From NCBI RefSeq assembly GCF_009914755.1, contig NC_060933.1: 64,000 nucleotides of DNA; one strand, 5' to 3'. A program made the translations under genes and the position numbers. Source of the DNA: the human T2T-CHM13v2.0 reference genome, Homo sapiens. Below, one piece after another: positions 56,363-64,000 of this stretch (position 1 is the first letter of the stretch; the number at the start of each line of letters is the position of its first letter). The notes beneath the pieces were generated by a model that ran no database searches, was not told the origin of the DNA, and was given only the letters and a program-made list of their open reading frames with translations.

Positions 56363-59300
56363 GGAGTGGAATGGAATGGAATGGAATGGAATGGAATGGA
56401 ATGGAATAAACCCGAGTGCAATGGAATGGAGTGGAATGGAATGGAATGGAATGGAACAACCCGAATTGAATGGAATGGAATGGAGAGTAAGGGAGTTGAA
56501 TAGAATCAATCCGAATGTAATGGAATGGAATTGTACGGAATGGAATTGAATGGAATGGAATGGAATGCAATGGAATGGAATCAACCCGAGTTCAATGGAA
56601 TGGAGAGGAATGGAATGGAATGGAATGGAATCTACCCGAATGGAATGGAATGTAATGGAGTGTAAGGGAATTGAATAGAATCAATCCGAATGTAATGGAA
56701 TGGAATGGAACGGAATGGAATGAAATGGAATGGAATGGAATGGAATGGAATGCAATGGAATGGAATCAACCCGAGTGCAATCGAATGGAATGGAATGGAA
56801 TGGAATGCAATGGAATGGATTCAACTTGAATGGAATGGAAAGAATGGAATCAACACGAGTGGAATGGCATGGATTGGAATGGAATGGAATGGAAACAACC
56901 CGAGTACAGGGGAATGGAATGGAATGGAATGCAATGGAATGGAATCATCCGTAATGGAATGGAAAGGAATGGAATGGAATGGAATGGAATGGAATGGAAT
57001 GGAATGGAATGGAATCAACTCGATTGCAATGGAAGGGAATGGAATGGAATTAACCCGAATAGAATGCAATGGAATGGAATGGAACGGAACGGAACGGAAT
57101 GGAATGGAATGGAATGGAATGGAATGGAATGGAACGGAAAGGAAGGGAATGGAATGGAATAGAATGGAATGGAATGGAATCAACGCGAGTGCAGAGGAAT
57201 GGAATGGAATGGAATGGAATGGAATGCAATCTTCCGGAATGGAATGGAATGGAATGGAATGGAATGGAATGGAATGGAATCAACCCGAGTGCAATGGAAT
57301 GTAATGGAGAGTAAAGGAGTTGAAAAGAATCAATCCGAATGTAATGGAATGGAATGGACCAGAATGGAATGGAATGGAATGGAATGGAATGGAATGAAAT
57401 GGAATGGAATCAACCCGAGTACAATGGAATGGAATGGAATGGAATGGAATGGAATGGAATGGAATGGAATGGAATGGAATGGATTGGAATGGAATGCAAC
57501 GGATTCAACTCGATTGCAATGGAATGGAATAGAATGGAATGGAATGGAATGGAATGGAATGGAATTAAACCGAATAGAATGGAATGGAATGGAATGGAGC
57601 GGAACAGAACGGAACGGAACGGAACGGAGTGGAATGGAATGGAATGGAATTGTATGGAATGGAATGGAATGGTACGGAATAGAATGGAATGGAAAGAATT
57701 GGAATGGAATGGAATGGAATGGAATGGAATGGAATGGAATTGAATCAACCCGATTGCAGGGGAATGTAATGGAACGGAATGCAATAGAATGGAATCATCC
57801 GGAATGGAATGGAATGGAATGGAATGGAATGGAATGGAATGGAATGGAATCAACCCGAGCGCAATGGAATGGAGTGGAATGGAATGGAATGGAATGGAAC
57901 AACCCGAATGGAATGGAATGTAATGGAGAGTAAGGGAGTTGAATAGAATCAATCCGAATGTAATGGAATGGAACGGAATGGAATGGAATGGAATGGAATG
58001 GAATGGAATGGAATCAACCCGAGTACAATGGAACGGAATGGAATGGAATGTAATGTAATGGAATGGAATGGAATTCAATGGAATGGAATCAACCCGAGTG
58101 CAATGGAATGGAGTGGAATGGAATGGAATGGAATGGAACAACCCGAATGGAATGGAATGTAATGGAGAGTAAGGGAGTTGAATAGAATCAATCCGAATGT
58201 AATGGAATGGAATGCAACGGAATGGAATGGAATGGAATGGAATGGAATGCAATGGAATTGAATCAACCCGAGTACAATGGAATGGAAAGGAATGGAATGG
58301 AATGGAATGGAATGATACGGAATAGAATGGAATGGAACGAAATGGAATGGAATGGAATGGAATGGAATGGAATGGAATGGAATGGAATCGTTCCGAGTGG
58401 AATAGGAGGGAATGTATTCGAGTGGAATGGAAAGGAATGGAATCAACCAGAGTGGAATGCAAGGGAATGCAATGGAATGGAAACTAATAGAATGGAATCA
58501 ACCCGAGAGGAATGGAATGGAAAGGAATGGAGTGGAATAGAATGGAATCAACCCGAGTGCAGGGGAATGGAATGGAATGGAAAGCAATGGAAAGGAATCA
58601 TCCGGAATGGAATGGAATGGAATGGAATGCAAAGCAATGGAATCAACTCGATTGCAATGGAATGGAATGGAATGGAAAGGAATACATTGGAATCAACCCG
58701 AGTGGAATGGAATGGAAAGGACTGGAATGGAGTGGAATGGAATGGAATGGAATGGAATGGAATCAACTCGATTGGAATGGAATGGAATGGAATGGAATGG
58801 AATGGAATGGAATGGATTTAACCCGTATAGAATGGAATGGAATGGAATGGAACGGAACGGAACGGAATGGAATGGAATGGAAACAAACCGACTGCAGGGG
58901 AATGGAATGGAATGGAATGCAATGGAATGGATTCAACTTGAATGGAATGGAAAGAATGGAATCAACACGAGTGGATTGGCATCGATTGGAATGGAATGGA
59001 ATGGAATCAACCCGAGTACAGGGGAATGGAATGGAATGGAATGCAATGGAATGGAATCATCCGTAATGGAATGGAAAGGAATGGAATGGAATGGAATGGA
59101 ATGGAATCAACTCGATTGCAATCGAATGGAATGGAATGGAATTAACCCGAATAGAATGGAATGGAATGGAATGGAACGGAACGGAACGGAATGGAATGGA
59201 TTGGAATGGAATGGAATGGAATGGAATGGAACGGAAAGGAATGGAATGGAATGGAATGGAATGGAATCAATGCGAGTGCAGGGGAATGGAATGGAATGGA

Positions 59301-61544
59301 ATGCAATGGAATGGAATCTTCTGGAATGGAATGGAATGGAATGGAATGGAATGGAATGGAATGGAATAAACCCGAGTGCAATGGAATGGAGTGGAATGGA
59401 ATGGAATGGAATGGAACAACCCGAATGGAATGGAATGTAATGGAGAGTAAGGGAGTTGAATAGAATCAATCCGAATGTAATGGAATGGAATGGAACGGAA
59501 TGGAATTGAATGGAATGGAATGGAATGCAATGGAATGGAATCAACCCGAGTTCAATGGAATGGAGAGAAATGGAATGGAACGGAATGGAAACTACCCGAA
59601 TGGAATGGAATGTAATGGAGTGTAAGGGAATTGAATAGAATCAATCCGAATGTAATGGAATGGAATGGAACGGAATGGAATGGAATGGAATGGAATGGAA
59701 TGGAATGGAATGCAAAGGAATGGAATCAACCCGAGTGCAATCGAATGGAATCGAATGGAATGGAATGCAATGGAATGGATTCAACTTGAATGGAATGGAA
59801 AGAATGGAATCAACACGAGTAGAATGGCATGGATTGGAATGGAATGGAATGGAATGGAATCAACCCGAGTACAGGGGAATGGAATGGAATGGAATGCAAT
59901 GGAATGGAATCATCCGTAATGGAATGGAAAGGAATGGAATGGAATGGAATGGAATGGAATGGAATGGAATGGAATCAACTCGATTGCAATCGAATGGAAT
60001 GGAATGGAATTAACCTGAATAGAATGGAATGGAATGGAATGGAACGGAACGGAACGGAATGGAACGGAACGGAGTGGAATGGAATGGAATGGAATTGTAT
60101 GGAATGGAATGGCATGGTACGGAATAGAATGGAATGGAAAGAATTGGAATGGAATGGAATCGAATGGAATGCAATGGAATGGAATGGAATCAACCCGAGT
60201 GCAGGGGAATGTAATGGAACGGAATGCAATGGAATGGAATCATCCGGAATGGAATGGAATGGAATGGAATGGAATGGAATGGAATGGAATGGAATCAACC
60301 CGAGTGCAATGGAATGGAGTGGAATGGAATGGAATGGAACGGAACAACCCGAATGGAATGGAATGTAATGGAGAGTAAGGGAGTTGAATAGAATCAATCC
60401 GAATGTAATGGAATGGAACGGAATGGAATGCAATGGAATGGAATCAACCCGAGTACAATGGAACGGAATGGAATGGAATGTAATGGAATGGAATGGAATG
60501 GAATGGAATGCAATGGAATCAACCCGAGTTCAATGGAATGGAGAGGAATGGAATGGAATGGAATGGAAACTTCCCGAATGAAATGGAATGTAATGGAGTG
60601 TAAGGGAATTGAATAGAATCAATCCGAATGTAATGGAATGGAATGGAATGGAATGGAATGGAATGGAATGGAATGGAATGCAATGGAATGGAATCAACCC
60701 GAGTGCAATCGAATGGAATCGAATGGAATGGAATGCAATGGAATGGATTCAACTTGAATGGAATGGAAAGAATGCAATCAACACGAGTGGAATGGCATGG
60801 ATTGGAATGGAATGGAATGGAATCAACCCGAGTACAGGGGAATGGAATGGAATGGAATGCAATGGAATGGAATCATCCGTAATGGAATGGAAAGGAATGG
60901 AATGGAATGGAATGGAATGGAATGGAATGGAATCAACTCGATTGCAATCGAATGGAATGGAATGGAATTAACCCGAATAGAATGGAATGGAATGGAATGG
61001 AACGGAACGGAATGCAATGGAATGGAATGGAATGGAATGGAATGGAACGGAATGGAAGGGAATGGAATGGAATAGAATGGAATGGAATGCAATCAACGCG
61101 AGTGCAGGGGAATGGAATGGAATGGAATGCAATGGAATGGAATCTTCCGGAATGGAATGGAATGGAATGGAATGGAATCAACCCGAGTGCAATGGAATGG
61201 AGTGGAATGGAATGGAATGGAATGGAACAACCCGAATGGAATGGAATGTAATGGAGAGTAAGGGAGTTGAATAGAATCAATCCGAATGTAATGGAATGGA
61301 ATGGAACGGAATGGAATTTAATGTAATGGAATGGAATGCATTGGAATGGAATCAACCCGAGTGCAATGGAATGGAGAGGAATGGAATGGAATGGAATGGA
61401 AGCTACCCGAATGGAATGGAATGTAATGGAGTGTAAGGGAATTGAATAGAATCAATCCGAATGTAATGGAATGGAATGGAACGGAATGGAATGGAATGGA
61501 ATGGAATGGAATGGAATGGAATGGAATGGAATGCAATGGAATGG

Positions 61545-61695
61545 AATCAACCCGAGTGCAATCGAATGGAATCGAATGGAATGGAATGCAATGGAATGGA
61601 TTCAACTTGAATGGAATGGAAAGAATGGAATCAACACGAGTGGAATGGCATGGATTGGAATGGAATGGAATGGAATCAACCCGAGTACAGGGGAA
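61545..61695 (+). repeat. pHuR98-like chromosome 9 SatIII module (representative copy)
   Basis: AATCAACCCGAGTGCAATCGAATGGAATCG...GGATTCAACTTGAATGG...CAACACGAGTGGAATGGCATGGATTGG...CAACCCGAGTACAGG resembles, from memory, the sequence used for SatIII RT-PCR. It recurs many times in both arms. Not verified by search. Confidence 0.55.
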
Positions 61696-64000
61696 TGGAA
61701 TGGAATGGAATGCATTGGAATGGAATCATCCGTAATGGAATGGAAAGGAAAGGAATGGAATGGAATGGAATGGAATCAACTCGATTGCAATCGCACGGAA
61801 TGGAATGGAATTAACCCGAATAGAATGGAATGGAATGGAATGGAACGGAACGGAATGGAATGGAATGGAATGGAATGGAATGGAACGGAACGGAATGGAA
61901 TGGAATGGAATGGAATGGAATCAACGCGAGTGCAGGGGAATGGAATGGAATGGAATGCAATGGAATGGAATCTTCCGGAATGGAATGGAATGGAATGGAA
62001 TGGAATGAAATGCAATGGATTCAACTCGATTGCAATGGAATGGAATAGAATGGAATGGAATGGAATGGAATGGGATTAACCCGAATAAAATGGAATGGAA
62101 TGGGATGGAACGGAATGGAACGGAATGGAATGGAATGGAATGGAATGGAATGGTATGGAATGGAATGGAATGGTACGGAATAGAATGGAATGGAACGAAT
62201 TGTAATGGAATGGAATTGAATGGAATGGAATGGAATGGAATGGAATCAACGCGAGTGCAGGGGAATGTAATGGAACGGAATGCAATGGAATGGAATCATC
62301 CGGAATGGAATGGAATGGAATGGAATGGAATGGAATGGAATCAACCCGAGTGCAATGGAATGGAGTGGAATGGAATGGAATGGAATGGAACAACCCGAAT
62401 GGAATGGAATGAAATGGAGAGTAAGGGAGTTGAATAGAATCAATCCGAATGTAATGGAATGGAATGCAACGGAATGGAATGGAATGGAATGGAATGGAAT
62501 GGAATGCAATGGAATGGAATCAACCCGAGTACAATGGAATGGAATGGAATGGATTGGAAAACCTTCAAACCGAATGGAATGGAAAGGAATGGAATCAAAA
62601 CGAGTGGAATGGAATGGAATGGAATGGAATGGAATGGCATGGAATGGAATGGAATGATACGGAATAGAATGGAATGGAACGAAATGGAATGGAATGGAAT
62701 GGAATGGAATGGAATGGAATGGAATGGAATCGTTCCGAGTGGAATAGGAGGAAAGTATTCGAGTGGAATGGAAAGGAATGGAATCAACCAGAGTAGAATG
62801 GAAGGGAATGGAATGGAATGGAAACTAATAGAATGGAATCAACCCGAGTGGAATGGAATGGAAAGGACTGGAATAGAAAGGAATGGAATGGAATGGAATG
62901 GAATGGAATGGAATGGAATGGAATCAACGCGAGTGCAGGGGAATGGAATGGAATCGAATGGAAAGGAATGGAATGGAATCAACCCGAGTGCAGGGGAATG
63001 TAATGGAACGGAATGCAATGGAATGGAATCATCCGGAATGGAATGGAATGGAATCAACCCGAGTGCAACGGAATGGAGTGGAATGGAATGGAATGGAATG
63101 GAACAACCCGAATGGAATGGAATGTAATGGAGAGTAAGGGAGTTGAATAGAATCAATCCGAATATAATGGAAAGGAATGGAACGGAATGGAATGGAATGG
63201 AATGGAAAGGAATGGAATGGAATGGAAAGCAACAGAATGGAATCTACCCGAGTACAATGGAATGGAATGGAATGGAATGGAATGGAATGGAATGGAATGG
63301 AATGGAATGCAATGGACTGGAATCTTCCGGAATGGAATGGAATGGAATGGAATGGAATGGAATGGAATCGAATGGAATGGAATGCAATGGATTCAACTCG
63401 ATTGCAATGGAATGGAATAGAATGGAATGGAATGGAATGGAATGGAATTAAACCGAATAGAATGGAATGGAATGGAATGGAACGGAACAGAACTGAACGG
63501 AACGGAACGGAGTGGAATGGAAAGGAATGGAATTGTATGGAATGGAATTGCATGGTATGGAATAGAATGGAATGGAAAGAATTGGAATGGAATGGAATCG
63601 AATGGAATGGAATGGAATGGAATGGAATCAACCCGAGTGTATGGGAATGTAATGGAATGGAATGCAATGGAATGGAATCATCCGAAATGGAATGGAATGG
63701 AATGGAATGGAATGGAATGGAATGGAATGGAATCAACCCGAGTGCAATGGAATGGAGTGGAAAGGAATGGAATGGAATGGAACAACCCGAATGGAATGGA
63801 ATGTAATGGAGACTAAGAGAATTGAGTAGAATCAATCCGAAAGTAATGGAATGGAATGGAACGGAATGGAATTGAATGGAATGGAATGGAATGCAATGGA
63901 ATGGAATCAACCCGAGTGCAATGGAATGGAGAGGAATGGAATGGAATGGAATGGAAAATACCCGAATGGAATGAAATGTAATGGAGTGTAAGGGAATTGA

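Larger units (their letters stand above)
54978..64000 (-). repeat. Human Satellite III array in inverted orientation, G-rich (GGAAT)n on +
   Basis: The same vocabulary appears reverse-complemented (CAACCCGAGT, CAACTCGATT, TAACCCGAAT, GGAATCTTCCGGAAT). MEWNG ORFs switch from - to + here. The array runs off the right edge. Confidence 0.97.

Noticed and set aside
21485-58076. EcoRI sites (21485, 37693, 58071) as a sign of a DYZ1-like 3.6-kb unit
   Set aside because: These are isolated point variants in different modules with no periodicity.
54-63910. Hundreds of ORFs up to about 400 aa, (MEWNG)n and (IPFHS)n
   Set aside because: A 5-bp repeat without stop codons gives the same pentapeptide in all three frames of a strand. 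ORFs overlap in all frames, flip with repeat orientation and have no domain content. There is no evidence of translation.
1-64000. CRISPR-like repeat/spacer alternation
   Set aside because: The interruptions are a small recurring set of 5-35-bp pentamer-derived words, not unique spacers. Repeat runs vary in length, and there is no leader or cas gene.
54978-64000. Fold-back sequencing artefact as the cause of the strand switch
   Set aside because: A fold-back read gives a mirror copy. Here symmetry ends after 6 bp per side and the module order differs between arms. A misjoin cannot be fully excluded without reads.
1-64000. HSat2 identity, or inserted Alu/L1/alpha-satellite at the junction or elsewhere
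   Set aside because: CATTCGATTC is only occasional and the HSat2 CATTCGATGATG-type unit is absent. No stretch departs from the pentamer-derived pattern for more than about 35 bp.

Overview
The whole 64-kb window is a (CATTC/GAATG)n pentamer satellite with the CAACCCGAGT-type decamer interruptions typical of human Satellite III (HSat3). It resembles the chromosome 9q12 stress-responsive type; that assignment is from recall, not a database search. There are no credible genes: the listed ORFs are the (MEWNG)n or (IPFHS)n read-outs of the pentamer. The structure lies in the variant words. (1) There is a spacer-less strand switch at 54977/54978, centred on the 12-bp palindrome ATTCCATGGAAT. (2) About 50 canonical three-pentamer heat-shock elements (aTTCc-gGAAg-aTTCc) are embedded in the array, each normally containing a CpG. 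(3) Nested tandem duplications (2613 bp, 5101 bp, about 1.62 kb) overlie older, degenerate periods of about 2.6-3.0 kb and 5.3-5.5 kb; two of the three mappable junctions fall in the HSE-bearing module family. (4) The 5-bp register is strictly conserved, with -1 slips mostly at two fixed motifs. All counts and coordinates were read by eye and from ORF-track offsets and should be confirmed computationally.
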